From the NCBI RefSeq assembly GCF_004010195.1, contig NC_057719.1, forward strand, positions 78,569,502 through 78,633,501: DNA of 64,000 nt, read 5' to 3'. The DNA comes from Chiloscyllium plagiosum. Its lineage: Eukaryota. The translations under genes were made by a program, and so were the position numbers. The notes under the pieces are model-generated. The model saw only the letters and a program-made list of their open reading frames with translations, was not told the origin of the DNA and did not search any database. Positions 25,838 through 38,826 of the stretch are shown one piece after another (positions within the stretch are counted from its first letter, which is position 1; every line of letters begins with the position of its first letter).

Positions 25838-26503
25838 CCTTCTTAAAGAGTAGATTGTCAAATGCAATTTTCCAAACTGGAGGAACAACTCCTGAATTTA
25901 GGGACCTTTGAAAGATTATGAGATTAGATTTTATTAAAATATCTGCAGTGTGGAAATGGGCCCTTCAGCCCAACAAGTCCACACCGATCCTCTGATGAGT
26001 AACCCACACAGACCTATTCCCCTACCCTTTATTTACCCCTGACTAATGCACCTAACACTATGGGCAATTTAGCACAACCAATTCACCTCACTTGCACATC
26101 TTTGGACTGTGGGAGGAAACCGGAGCATCCGGAGGAAACCCATGCGGACACGGGGAGAATGTGCAAACTCCCTTCTTAAAGAGTAGATTGTCAAATGCAA
26201 TTTTCCAAACTGGAGGAACAACTCCTGAATTTAGGGACCTTTGAAAGATTATGAGATTAGATTTTATTAAAATATCTGCAGTGTGGAAATGGGCCCTTCA
26301 GCCCAACAAGTCCACACCGATCCTCTGAAGAGTAACCCACACAGACCCATTCCCCTACCCTTTATTTACCCCTGACTAATGCACCTAACACTATGGGCAA
26401 TTTAGCACGACCAATTCACCTGACTTGCACAACTTTGGACTTTGGGAGGAAACTGGAGCATCCGGAGGAAACCCATGCGGACACGGGGAGAACGTGCAAA
26501 CTC
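25838..26503. repeat. Tandem duplication, 2 x 333 bp (LINE piece plus most of a SINE)
   Basis: 25838-26170 is repeated at 26171-26503 with a few substitutions. Confidence 0.9.
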
Positions 26504-26593
26504 CACACAGACAGTTGCCCGAGGTGGGAATCAAACCCGGGTCCCTGGCGCTGAGAGGCAACGGTGCTAACCCCTGAGCCACCGTGTCACCCC
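26253..26593 (-). mobile_element. HE1-like V-SINE (a head-less duplicate lies at ~25920-26170)
   Basis: Reverse-complement SINE consensus. Confidence 0.9.
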
Positions 26594-27147
26594 TATTGTA
26601 TACTTAGGGTGTCTGTAATGTGCTATACCCCTACATCCTGTAACACTCCCCAATGGAAGTTATTAGGTCCTATGATTTGTCACTCTTTAATTCTGTTAAT
26701 TCCAGCATTATTAATGTTTTATTTACGTTAGTTTCATTCAGTCAATGTCCCTGATACTTGGGGCTTCCAGCAAGCTATCCTCCTTTTCCGCTATAATTAT
26801 TGAGGCAAAGTAATTACTCAGCATGCCTTCCGTTTCTCCATTGTCATTTACAATATCCTCACTTTCAGTTTTTAGTGGGCAGACTTTGCTCCTGACCTCC
26901 TGCTTTCCCTTTGTGTAACTCTAAAATTTCTTTTTTTTTAATGTCTCTGGCCTACAATATATCTTGAGAGAGAGGAGTTGAGGGTTTTAAGGAGCAGAAA
27001 GCAAAGTGGAACTGAGGTCACAACCAGATTGGCAATGAAATTATTGAAGGTGGAGCAGGCTCGAAGGCCCAGATAGCTTACTCCCACTGCTATATCCCAA
27101 AGGTTCTTGGGATCATTAAAGATATGGCATGACACAATCATGAAGCT

Positions 27148-27444
27148 GAAAATGTGTTGCTGGAAAAGTGCAACAGGTCAGGCAGCATCCATGGAGCAGG
27201 AGAATCAACGTTTCGGGCATGAGCCCTTCTTCAGGCTCCTTCCACCCATCGCATTTCCAACACCCCTCCCCCAAGTCCCTCCTCCCTACCTTTTATCTTT
27301 GCCTGCTTGGCACACCTTCCTAATTCCTGAAGAAGGGCTCATGCCCGAAACGTTGATTCTCCTGTTCCTTGGATGCTGCCTGACCTGCGATTTTCCAGCA
27401 ACACATTTTCTGCTCTGATCTCCAGCATCGGCAGTCCTCACTTT
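27148..27444. mobile_element. Family-1 PLE mini-element with two opposed hammerhead cores and 15-bp TSD
   Basis: cacaatcatgaagct at 27133-27147 and 27445-27459; CTGAAGAAGGGCTCATGCCCGAAACGTT on + (27327-27354) and on - (27207-27234). Confidence 0.9.
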
Positions 27445-28788
27445 CACAATCATGAAGCTACCTTGAAGGTAGTTCTTACGACAATCATGGAGCTCTGAGG
27501 TGATTATATGCACTTTGGCCAACCTTGTTGTCTTTTTTCTCCTCAACATCTTCTGATGTCCCTCCAAGATTTCAGACTCCAGAGAGCCTTGTTGCTGGTG
27601 GCCGTCCCCCTGTTGTTTGCATCTAGTATCTTCATAACCCACTTTGGTCCTTTTTAACAGAGATAGGGGGTCTAGTAGTTTGTGACCCAGGAGTCAGTTC
27701 ACCATACCGCAAGTCTTTTGTAAATGCCCATCTTCTATCAAGTGGACCATGGCCGGGTAATTGTGGGCATCATTGGGTTAGTAATTATGGTATGCTGATT
27801 GCATTGGCATCAGGTCTAAGTTGGTTACCATGTCCTGCTAAATGATACCAAGGATGTGTTTGTTACAGCGAAAGTGGAAACTGCTCAGGCTTTTTCTGCT
27901 ATCTAGCATGAGGAATGTACTGAAGATGCAAACTTGGTAGACTCACACTTTATTGTTCTCTATCAGTTAGTAGTTGTTGCAGTCCATTTCCATTTACAAA
28001 GGATTTGCAGCCCTGATGTTAACTGTGCAACTGTAATGTGTAAAATCGGTTTTGAGAGTATTGGTTCCACATCACCATTAACTAGTTCCTACTTCTATTA
28101 CATGGACTAGACAATCAGTATATTCAGTGACACATTATTCACATGGGACCAATCCTTGGCTCAAAATAAATCAAACCTGTTTTCAAACATTTTTAACAAT
28201 AACTCCTAAATGCAGTGCTTGCCAATATTTTAAGAGGATTGCATGCTTCAGAACGAATCTTTGGAAGTTGTGTAAGTATAACTATGTTTTCTTTTTGTGC
28301 ATGTGTTTAAAGCTGACTCATGTTCCTGACATTTCCTTCTGGTAATGGTATTTCAAACAAATGAATGTAAAGTGGTCTGTAGGGATTTCTAGATATTTTA
28401 CACCTGAGAAGATTTGTACATGCACTTTCTAACCAATAAGAGCACAATGTGTGAATTCTGAGTGCTATGGTTGGATTAGCAGCTATAATGGTGTCATAGG
28501 GGTGTGCTTCCGTTGTTCATAGTTCTTAGATTTATAAAACCCTTGAAACAACAAATATTTTCTCATATTTGTATCACCTCAAATAAGACAAGGTCTATTT
28601 CATTCACTTTAATTTGAACTACGATCGGTTCAGATTTACTTGGTTTCTTGATCAATGGTTTTGAGTTAATTCTTTTTAATCTCTAGGGAAATAATTTCTT
28701 CAAGCTAGACAATCTTAAAATTCCCATATGGGCAGAATGCCCAAACAGATCAATTTACCTGAATCAAGAGGGTAATGAGCAAAGAATG

Positions 28789-29085
28789 ATTAGATTACCA
28801 GAGTGTAGAAACAGGCCCTTCGGCCCAACAAGTCCACACCGACCCTCCAAAGAGCAACCCACCTAGACCCATTCCCCTTCATTTACCCCTGACTAATGCA
28901 CCTAACACTACGGGCAATCTAGCTTGGCCAATTCACCTGACCTGCACATCTTTGGATTGTGGGAGGAAACCCACGCAGACACGGGGAGAACGTACAAACT
29001 CCACACAGTTGCCCAAGGCTGGAATCGAACCTGGGACCCTGGCGCTGTCAGGCAGCAGTGCTAACCACTGAGCCACAGTGTCACC
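28789..29085 (-). mobile_element. HE1-like V-SINE
   Basis: Reverse-complement SINE consensus. Confidence 0.9.
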
Positions 29086-29364
29086 TATCTTTTGTTTTAT
29101 CACTTTATCGTTTTAAGTAAAATGCTGCACACTTAGCTGACCGACAAGATGTATAATTTACAACTTGGATCCACCACAAAGCCAGCAGGACATCCAGATT
29201 TAACATCCTGTCATTGATAGTGGGAAAATCATGCCCGTTGGCTGTTATCTGAGATTAAATTCATTCATTTTACCAAGTTACGTTTCTACTATACCATTGC
29301 TTAATGCAAATATCGCTACATTTTACTGTCTAATGTATTGGAAACTGGATGAACTTGTTGGGAT

Positions 29365-29640
29365 CCTACTTGACTCTGAATCAGACAGTTGTGGGATCAA
29401 CTCCCAGTACAGAAACTGAGTGCACAGTCCAGGCTGACACTTCAGTGCAGTATAGAGTGTTAGGGATGAAGCAGTAGAACTGACATTCTGTCTTCTCTCT
29501 CAGGTGGACTGTCATAACCTTGACAGGAAGAATTTGTTGGAAGTCTAGTCCCATTGTTCCATGTGCTGTTATAAATGTATAAATGACCAATTTAACCTGC
29601 AGGATAGTTGTACTGCCTGACTTTCACTACTATCTAAGGG
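29365..29640 (+). mobile_element. Old Deu-domain SINE (SacSINE1/AmnSINE-like) remnant
   Basis: ctctgaatcagacagttgtgggatcaactccc...ccaggctgacacttcagtgcagta...ctctcaggtggac. Confidence 0.6.
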
Positions 29641-30479
29641 AAATGACATCAACAAGAAATGAAAGGCTGCAGGTTTAAAGGAGTTTAAGGAAACAATATT
29701 TCACTCAGAGGCTGGTGTGGGCCGGAATGCACTGCCAGGGAAGATCGTTGAGTGCGGAAGTGACACAACCATTTTGAAACAAAAGTACTTGGATGAACAC
29801 TTGAAGTGTCATAACATTCAAACTAGGGACCTGATGTGGAAAAAATGGGACTAATATAAGTGGAGTGTATTTTTGGCTGTACAGATTTAATGGGCCAAAG
29901 GGACTCTTCTGTGAGTATGATTCTATGAGTAGCCTGTGCAGAGGGTACACAGGGTTAATGGTGTTGTCGATTGGACTGGGTGAGGTTGAGTGGGGAAGGT
30001 GGCAGTGAGGGGTGGGTGCAGTAGCAGAGAGAGTTTGAGTGAGAGGTAATGGAGAAAAAATGATTGCATTTACCCTGGAGGAGTGGAGAAGGACATTGAC
30101 CTTCGTACTACAGAGTTGGGCATTCTGCCTGACGGCTCATACAGCTTTAACCAAGGTGGCAACCTTGGACTAGGCTGGCATGGTCGTGGCCTCCACTGCT
30201 GATCCTGAGGAGATAGAGAAGTTTATGCCTGAAAAGCAGAGGGGTGCTGATTTTCTCTATCTACCATGTCCGGGACAAATGTCAGGAACCATGCAAGGAA
30301 GATCTGAACCGACATTGCTTGTCTGGGCACACAACAACTTTCTAAAGCTGGTGCAGGTTCAACGATGCCAGTCAATTCCAGGATATCCGCCAAGTGGTGG
30401 GTTGCTCTGGGAACAGCACAAGGTGAGATGGGGTGGAAATTGGACCGAATACTCACCCCGTGGGCTGAATTCACATTTG

Positions 30480-30605
30480 AGTGGAGGGCTTTTGCCTGAA
30501 ACGTCGACTCTCTGGCTCCTCGGGTGCCGCCTGACCAGCTGCGCTTTTCCAGCATCACACTTTTCGACTCTGACTCTCCAACATCTGCAGCTCTCACTTT
30601 CTCCT
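30480..30605 (+). mobile_element. Half-copy family-1 PLE mini-element
   Basis: gggcttttgcctgaaacgtcgac...catctgcagctctcactttctcc. Confidence 0.75.
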
Positions 30606-30849
30606 AATGTATGGGATACATTTGGTAAAATGTGGTGGGGAAACTCGCTCAGTGTTATGGCAGGAGTTACTCCAACAGACTCGATACAATCACACTTAAC
30701 CAAAGATTCAACCTATTGTCTTTACAAGACATAAGATGTTTTGTGGCATTTTATCAAAGAAGCATGCTCGCTTTACTCATGATATTTGATCAGCATGGAC
30801 GAGTTGGACTGAAGGGTCTGTTTCTCTATGACTCTAACTGAGATCAAGG

Positions 30850-32260
30850 CAGATTGCAAGGATTTTTCAGCAATTCCTAATGCTGCTCCTCCTGACCTCC
30901 ACCCCAAGATGTCATAGAGTCATAGAGATGTACAGCATGGAAACAGACCCTTTGGTCCAACTCTTCCATGCCGACCAGATATCGCAACCTAATCTAGCAT
31001 CCGGCCCATATCCCTCCAAACCCTTCCTATTCATATACCCATTCAGATGCCTTTTAAATGTTGTAATTGTACCAGCCTCCACCACTTCCTCTGGTGGCTC
31101 ATTCCGTACATGCACCACCCTCTGCGTGTAAACGTTGCCCCTTAGGTCTCTTTTATATCTATTCCCTCTCACCCTAAAACTATGCCCTCTAGTTCTGGAC
31201 TCACCTACCCCCAAGAAAAGACCTTTTCTATTTACCCTAGCTAAGACCCTTATGATTTTATCAACCTCTATAAGGTCACTCCTCAGCCTCCAAGGCTCCA
31301 GGGAAAACGGCCTGAGCCTGTTCAACCTTTCCCTATAGCTCAAATCCTCCAACCCTGGCAACATCTTATAAATCTTTTCTGAACCCTTTCAAGTTTCACA
31401 ACATCTTTCCGATAGAAAGGAGACCATAATTGCACGCAATATTCCAACAGTGGCCTAACCAATGTCCTGTACAGTCGCAACATGACCTCCCAACTCCTGT
31501 ACTCAATACTCTGACCAATAAAGGAAAGCATACCGAACGTGTTCGTTACTATCCTATCTATTTGCGACTCCACTTTTAGGGAGCTATGAACCTGCATTCC
31601 AAGATCTCTTTGTTCAGCAACACTCCCTAGGACCTTACCATTAAGTGTATAAGTCCTGCTTTCCCAAAAAGCAGCACCTCACATTTATCTGAATTAAACT
31701 CTATCTGGCACTCCTCAGCCCATTGGCCCATCTGATCAACATCCCACTGTAATCTGAGGTAATCTTCGCTGTCCACTACACCTCATATTTTGTTGTCATC
31801 TGCAAGCTTACTAATTCTCCCTCTTATGCTCGCATCCAAATCATTTATATAAATGATGATAAGTAGTGGATCCAGCACCGATCCTTGTGGCATTCCACTG
31901 GTCACAGGCCCCCAGTCTGAAAAACAACTCTCCACCACCACCCTCTGTCTTCTACCTTTGAGCCAGTTCTGCATCCAAATGATGAGTTCTCCCTGTATTC
32001 CATGAGATCTAACCTTGCTCACCAGTTTCCCATAAGGAACCTTATCGAACACCTTACTGAAGTCCATATAGATCACATCTACTGCTCTGCCCTCATCAAT
32101 CTTCTTTGTTACTTCTTCAAAAAACTCAATCAAGTTTGTGAGACATGATTTCCCAAGCACAAAGCCATGCTGACTATCCCTAATCAGTCCTTGCCTTTCC
32201 AAATATATGTACATCCTGTCCCTCAGGATTCCTCCAACATCTTGCCCACCATCGACATAC
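30850..32260 (-). mobile_element. 5'-truncated HER1/CR1 LINE (RT to 3' tail)
   Basis: ORFs 31783..32262, 31340..31597 and 30912..31364; tail tcatagagtcatagag. Confidence 0.92.
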
Positions 32261-32928
32261 ACTTCGCAGCTGACTAATTCATCAAACTTCTTGAGTTCTA
32301 ACTTCTTCCCAAGGTACCCCAGTCACTATTGACACCTCATTGAGTCCCCACCTCACATTGCTGAAATGGCAACTTTACCACAATCAGCTAATCGGTTCTG
32401 TTCTGCAGAAAGCTTGCTTCGATCTCTCTCTGTCATCATCTGCAACTAGCTATAACATGGTTACTGCTGTTTAGTGACCCTAAACTGTTTAGATTGAACT
32501 AGTGAAAACATTGCAACAAGCCCTGCCCTTATTCCTCAGAAAAATTGTGTGCAATTAATATTTTGCAACAGTCAATTGCTGTATGTAGCAACTACTTGGA
32601 ATAGCCTGCCCCCACAGTGTTACAATGTTCAGAGAGTGCTGACTCTGACAGCATAAAAATGCAAATTATAGAATATAATTATCACACATTGATGCCTGTT
32701 GAAGTTTGCTGTACAATCGTGGTTATGATGTAGGGTATGTGGCAGTCAATGATTCCACCTCGCTAAGGTGCTTCGGAATATCCGATGGCTGTGAAAAGCA
32801 TGATATAAAGACAAATCCTTTGCTTTAAAAATAAGAATTCAACTGCAGCATACTTAAGACTGCCATCATTCACCAAGTACTGCCTCTTCCTAAAATAATG
32901 CAGTAAATAAAATGTATATGAAACCTAC

Positions 32929-33007
32929 CTTCTTGCACCATTGGCAAAGACCGGTTTCACTACTCTGCCTTCCTCCCCCTTCCCACCATCCTGACTGTAA
33001 TTTTGCA
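32929..33007 (-). CDS. Candidate internal coding exon (QNYSQDGGKGEEGRVVKPVFANGARR) of an unidentified gene
   Basis: Minus strand tcttgttcag|TGCAAAAT...GCAAGAAG|gtaggt; purine-rich open frame in AT-rich unique DNA; alternative AGs would give 66 or 62 nt exons. Confidence 0.5.
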
Positions 33008-33527
33008 CTGAACAAGATTTTATTTTCTCAGCACAACCATTAAATTTTGTTTTATATAAGACAACGTGAAATCTAACCAGCACTGAATTATGCAACCAAA
33101 TAAACTTGTTCATAAATGAAACCTTGATGACTCATGCTTATCTCAGTGAGTGGGATGAGCTGGTTTGCAAGTGTGCAATTTGTGGAGTTCCCTTTGATTT
33201 GGATTAGTTTCCAATTGAAATCAGTTTCTATGTTCAAGCTTCTTCTTCTCAATGTGTTTTAGATGTGAATAATTGTAGAAAAGCCCACTGATTTACTAGG
33301 GATAAGCATTGCAAAGAGTCAACATGATGACCCGAATATCTCTCTTTGAATTGAGAGCCAGAACTTGTATTAGAGCCAGGACGTTAAAGTGATCTCTTCA
33401 AAGCCTTTCCCTCAATCAACTTCTCTTTTAGATTCATACCGATCTTGGTCTTTGTCATAAAATCCCCTGAAAATAGGTGTTCATCCTTAATGAAATCTCC
33501 CTATTCACTGGGCTTAGCTTCCAATCT

Positions 33528-33627
33528 AGGCGAAAGTGAGGGCTGCAAAGGCTGGAGATTCGAGTCGAGAGTGTGGTGCTGGGAAAGCACAGCAGGTCAA
33601 GCAGCATCCGTGGAGCAGGAAAACCGT
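33528..33627 (-). mobile_element. Truncated family-1 PLE mini-element with 11-bp TSD
   Basis: gcttccaatct at 33517-33527 and 33628-33638. Confidence 0.8.
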
Positions 33628-34154
33628 GCTTCCAATCTCCAGAGCAGAGACAAATGCTGCAGAATTATAGATGAACCTCTCTGATTAACATATACATTCC
33701 GCACTGACAGAGGATAAGGTTAGGAATGTAGTTACATTAATAATATGCATCCAGGATTTGGCAAAAATGTGTCCTTATGCATCCAAAATGAAAACTACTG
33801 TTTGCTCCCAGCAATGAACCTTTCATCCTGCAATATGTTACCCAGGTAGTCCAGATTAAACATAGAAGTACTGATTGGAAATATTACGTTGGGTGGGTTA
33901 TTTAGAGTTGATCCAGTACGTTGAGCTCTTTTCACATGTTTCCATATCTTTACCAAAAATGTACCACAAAGTAGTCATCGCCAATTTTGTAATTCTTTCA
34001 TGGGATGTAGGATCACTAGCAAGGCTGGCATTTGTTGCCGTTCCCTAATTGCCCTCAGTGGATTAACTTCAAAGGGTAGTTAAGAGTCAAGCAGATTGCT
34101 GCATGATTTGATTTGATTTGATTTATTATTTTCACATGTCACTAGGCACATCAA

Positions 34155-35312
34155 GTCATAGAGTCATACGGCACAGAAACAGACCATGTTGTCCAACACG
34201 CCCGTGCCGACTAGGTATCCTAAAATAATCTAGTCCCATTTGCCAGCGTTTGGCCCATATCCCTCTAAACCCTTCCTATTCATATACCCATCCAGATGCC
34301 TTTTAAATGCTGTAATTGTACCAGCCTCCACCACTTCCTCTGGTAGCTCATTCCATACGCTCACCACCCTCTGTGTGAAAAAGTTATTCCTTAGGTCCCT
34401 TTAAATCTTTCTGCTTTCACCTTAAACCTATGCCCTCTAGTTCTGGGTTCGCCTACCTCAAGAAAAGGATAGGGCTATTTACCCTATCAATGCCTCTATA
34501 ATTTTGCCCCTCAGCCTCTGACGCTCTATTCAGCCTCTCCCTGAAGCTCAAATCCTCCAACCATGACAACATCCTTGTAAATCTTTTCTGAACCCTTTCA
34601 AATTTCACAACATCCTTCTGAAAGGAGAGAGATTAGAATTGCACACTGTATTCCAAAAGTGGCTGAACCAATGTCCTGTACAACTGCAATATGTCCTCCC
34701 AACTCCAATCCCCAATGCACTGACCAATAAAGGCAAGCAGCCCAAACATCACCTTTGCTATCCTATCCACCTGCAACTCCACTTTCAAAAAATTATGAAC
34801 CTGCACTGCAAGATCTCTTTGTTCAGAACACTGTCTGGGACCTTACCAATTAAACCCCATCTGCCACTCCTCAGCCCTTTGGCCCATCTGATCAAGATCA
34901 ATTTTACTCTGAGGTAACCTTCTTCGCTGCCCATTATACCTCCAATGTCAGTTTCATTTACAAACTTACTAACCATATCTTTCACATTCACATCCAAATC
35001 ATCTATATAAATTACAAAAAACAGTGGGCCTAGCATCGATCATTGCTGCACACTGTTGGTCACAGGTCTCCAGTATGAAAAACAACCCTCCACCACCACC
35101 CTCTGTCTTCTACCTTCAAAGCAGTTCTGTATCCAAATGGCTAGTTCTCCCCATATTCCATGTGATCTAACCTTGCTAACCAGTCTCCCATGACAAACCT
35201 TGTTGAAAGCCTTACTGAAGGCCATATAGATCACATCCACTGATCTAGCCTCCTCAATCCTCTTTATTACTTCTTCAAAAATCTGAATCAAATAGAGACA
35301 TGATTTCCCATG
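34155..35312 (-). mobile_element. Degenerate HER1/CR1 LINE 3' half
   Basis: RT remnants in ORFs 34785..35036 and 35040..35579; gtcatagagtcat tail. Confidence 0.88.
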
Positions 35313-35784
35313 CACAAAGGTATAGTAAGAAGTTTTATTTTGAGAGCAATCCAGGCGGATCATATCATATGAAGTGCATTGGAGGAATAGGACAGAGCAA
35401 AGGATACAATGTAACAGCTGCAAAGAAAGTGCACAAAGAATGAGATGAATATTAAATTTGAAACTAGAGAAGTCCACTCTGATGAAAGGCTTATGCTCAA
35501 AACATCGATTCTCCTGCTCCTCGGATGCTGTCTGACCGGCTGTGCTTTTCCAGCGCCACACTCTTTGACTGAGGTCCATTCAGAAGTCTAATAACAGCAG
35601 GGAAGAAGCTGTTCTTCAATCTGTTGAACATGTGTTTAAGCTTTTGTATCTTCTGCCTAACAGAAGAGCAGGGCAGCAGATTTCCTTCCCGAAAGTGCAA
35701 TAGTATACCAGCTGAGATTTTACAGGAATTAATGTTAGTTTTATTACTGAGACTAGATTTTAATTCTCAGTTTTTTTAGTAATT

Positions 35785-36058
35785 AGAAATAGGAGCAGAA
35801 ATCAGGCCATTCGGCCCATCACATCTACTCCGGCATTCAATTATGGCTGATAAGTTTCTCAACCCCATTCTCCTGCTTTCTCCCAGTAACCCTTGATCCC
35901 CTTGATACTCGAGAACCCATCTATCTCAGTCTTAAATATACTCAATGACCTGGCCTCCATAGCCTTCTGTGACAATGATTTCCATTGACTCACCACTGTC
36001 TGGCGGAAGAAGTTTCACCTTATCTCTGTTCTAAGAGGTCTTCCCTTTATTCTAAAGC
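35785..36058 (-). mobile_element. CR1 LINE 3' end
   Basis: aggagcagaaatcaggccattcggccc...cccttgatccccttgatactc is the reverse complement of a CR1 tail. Confidence 0.8.
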
Positions 36059-36578
36059 TAACAAGCTCCAATCCAGGCATCAGGCTGAGGGTAGTCATTG
36101 GATGTTCTGCAAGGTCCTTTTCGTGGTTAGTCACCCAATTCATTGTTCCCAGCCCAAACCAGCAGTTTGTAGTGCTTTCTTGCTTGTATATTCTAAAGTT
36201 ATTGTACTGATTGTATGTTCACAGCAAATACAATAATATTTTGGTGCAGGATTCCCCCTCCACGACTTGCCCCTGTTTGTCCATGTTCCCCTCCTGCATG
36301 CGCATGGGTATGAAATGTTTTTAATCAATCTGTTGAGACCGGTTGGATTTCTACCCAGACTTAGAGAGATATCAACACTGCACCTGCCTTGATAGATACT
36401 GATGTATACGTCATTCCCCAGAGCTGTGATTGCCCATGTGCATTACTTGTCAGAAGAATGTCATGGAAGGCAATTTAAGAGTTGAAGGATTCTGAATGAG
36501 AGGTATAAAGCAGTAAAGCACTGTATGATATGTGACTCTAATATCTGAGAGGTGGTCATCCAGAGTCATGTTTTATTA

Positions 36579-36930
36579 TGGGGCAGCACAGTGGTTCAGT
36601 GGTTTGCACTGCTGCCCCACACCGCCCGGGACCCAGGTTCGATTCCAGCCTCGGGTGACTGTCTGTGTGGAGTTTGCACATTCTCCCAGTGTCTGCGCGG
36701 GATTCCTCCGAGTGCTCTAGTTTCCTCCCACAATCTAAAGATGGGCAGGTCAGGTGAATTGGCCATGCTTAATTGTCCATAGTGTTCAGGAATGTGTAGG
36801 TTAGGTGAATTAATCAGGGGTAAATGTACAGTAATAGGGGAATGGATCTGGGTGGGATACTCTTTGGAGGGTCGGTGTGGACTTGCTGTGCCGAAGGGCC
36901 TGTTTCCACACTGTAGGGATTCTATGATTA
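36579..36930 (+). mobile_element. HE1-like V-SINE
   Basis: tRNA head with ggttcgattcc B-box, V core and tail. Confidence 0.9.
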
Positions 36931-37689
36931 TTGTGTCTTTGACCCATGCAACCGTTTGGTGAGAAACTATCAGATGTGCATGTTCTTCTGAACCCTGGCA
37001 GATGTGTGAGGGGCAGTCCCATGGCAATGCTACATTGGTAGCTGCAATTAAGCAACAGGCGCTGATTACACGGGAAACATGTAGCTGCCTGGAGCTGCCT
37101 GGCTCCTAACCTCCTATGTGACAGTCCTCTGCAATGGCAACCTTCAATGCCCACTCAGACTCATAAGGTCAATAGACAATGGCAGAGCAGAACAGATTTT
37201 TCACCTAATTGCAGTCCTGAAGCCAGCATCTCTTGATCCGCCACAGGCATTGCTGTCCACAACTCTGATCTTTGTCTAGGTTGATGCCGTGAGGCCCTTG
37301 ATTGGTCATGAGTTGACAACTTAAGGGACCTCAATTGGCAGTGAGGCAGGAAAGTCAACCATAGGACACTATGACCAGAACTTAACCGAGATGGACACGG
37401 GAAGGCTCTACAGAGGCTGCCAGACCTGCTGAGTTTTTAAAAATCAATTCCTGTTTTTATTACCACTGGAAGTATAATTACAGGTGTACATATCCATTTC
37501 TTTTTGGTCTTTTGTGGAATATGGATAGGTTTACTTTGTATATTAATGGTTATCGTGCATTGTTGTGAAATGCTATGGGATAAGGCCCAGCAAAGCCTAT
37601 GTAGTGTTGGACTTACTTGTCAGCTGTTAAATGTCTGTAAGGTTTGGGGCTTTTTTCAGGGCTTTAAATATTACTGTGAAAACAACCAC

Positions 37690-37925
37690 CACCCATACCC
37701 CTACATTTACCCCTTACCTAACACTACGGACAATTTAACATGGCCAATTCACCTAACCTGCACATCTTTGGACTGTGGGAGGAAACCGGAGCACCCGGAG
37801 GAAACCCACGCAGACACGGGGAGAATGTGCAAACTCCACACAGTCAATCGCCTGAGGCAGGAATTGAACCCGGGTCTCTGGCGCTGCGAGGCAGCAGTGC
37901 TAACCACTGTGCCACCGTGCCGCCC
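37690..37925 (-). mobile_element. HE1-like V-SINE (3'-truncated)
   Basis: Reverse-complement SINE head and core. Confidence 0.9.
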
Positions 37926-38267
37926 ACTAAATATTCTGTACCTATAAAGGGGCCTGATAGTTTGCACAAAATGAAGCACTAAGTGGATCTGTCAGAATAA
38001 CTCAAAAGGTTTTATTTAAAGTAAATTACTGTCTTTTACTGTATTGTTGTTTATTGAATGCCTTTTGATTTTTTTTTCAAAGGCAATTTATATAAATTGG
38101 AAGTTGCAGAGTGATGTGCATGCTTGGATAACATTAATTTATCACATTTTGGATAGCACAAATTATGGAACATTTGAGAATGTTCCTGGAAAGCTTTGCT
38201 TTGAGCTGAATACTGAAAAAGCTGCATGCTCACTCGCAACTGAGGAGCTGACTGTTAAAACAGTCTG

Positions 38268-38357
38268 AAAATGTGTTGCTGGAAAAGCGCAGCAGGTCAG
38301 GCAGCATCCAGGGAACAGGAGAATCGACGTTTCGGGCACAAGCCATTCTTTAGGGGC
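38268..38357 (-). mobile_element. Truncated family-1 PLE mini-element with 13-bp TSD
   Basis: ttaaaacagtctg at 38255-38267 and 38358-38370. Confidence 0.8.
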
Positions 38358-38826
38358 TTAAAACAGTCTGTCAACTGACAACCTTCAATGACAGTAATAG
38401 CTAATCTCCCATTATATGGATGTATTGCCTTAAATAGAGTTCACCTGTATGTACAGTCTCCATGTTTTATGTATGCATTGTTGTGACTCTGCCTGGCGGT
38501 CAGTTTGCTGTAGGTGCACACACTTACATCAGGTGATTTGCTATAATGTCTGCTTCATAGCCTATAAAGTATTTTACTGTTTCAAATAAACTAATCCATG
38601 GAGTCAATCAAACCTTGATAAGCGATTGATCATTAAACCATTATCAGTTCCCACATCAGAGGAACTGACAATGAGAAAGCGTTCCATCTATAGGAATTCC
38701 TTAGAAGATCAGTAATTTAGTAAAGACTCAAGCAAGATTTGTAAGTTAAATGCTCAAATTTAGAAATTCAACAGCTAATTCCAGTTTGGAATAGGTTTCT
38801 GATGGATCTTATGATGGTTTGACCTA

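Larger units (their letters stand above)
18255..26930 (-). mobile_element. Old CR1 LINE (host element), present as ~18255-18773 plus ~24871-26930 and interrupted by younger insertions
   Basis: The sequence ...cctaaggtgtggtactgagatttgcttactgta resumes as tgtactccaagtgg...aaccagggttttgtg; RT remnant SSVPQGSV...FINDLDNGIESHISIFADDTKLGG in ORF 25270..25485. Confidence 0.7.

Noticed and set aside
30180..30734. 184-aa ORF
   Set aside because: Runs through a PLE mini-element and decayed repeat; no domain recognised
36219..36293. Possible minus-strand terminal exon (EGNMDKQGQVVEGESCTKILLYLL*, or the longer phase-2 frame)
   Set aside because: Acceptor lacks a pyrimidine tract and the frame is ambiguous; kept out pending RNA data
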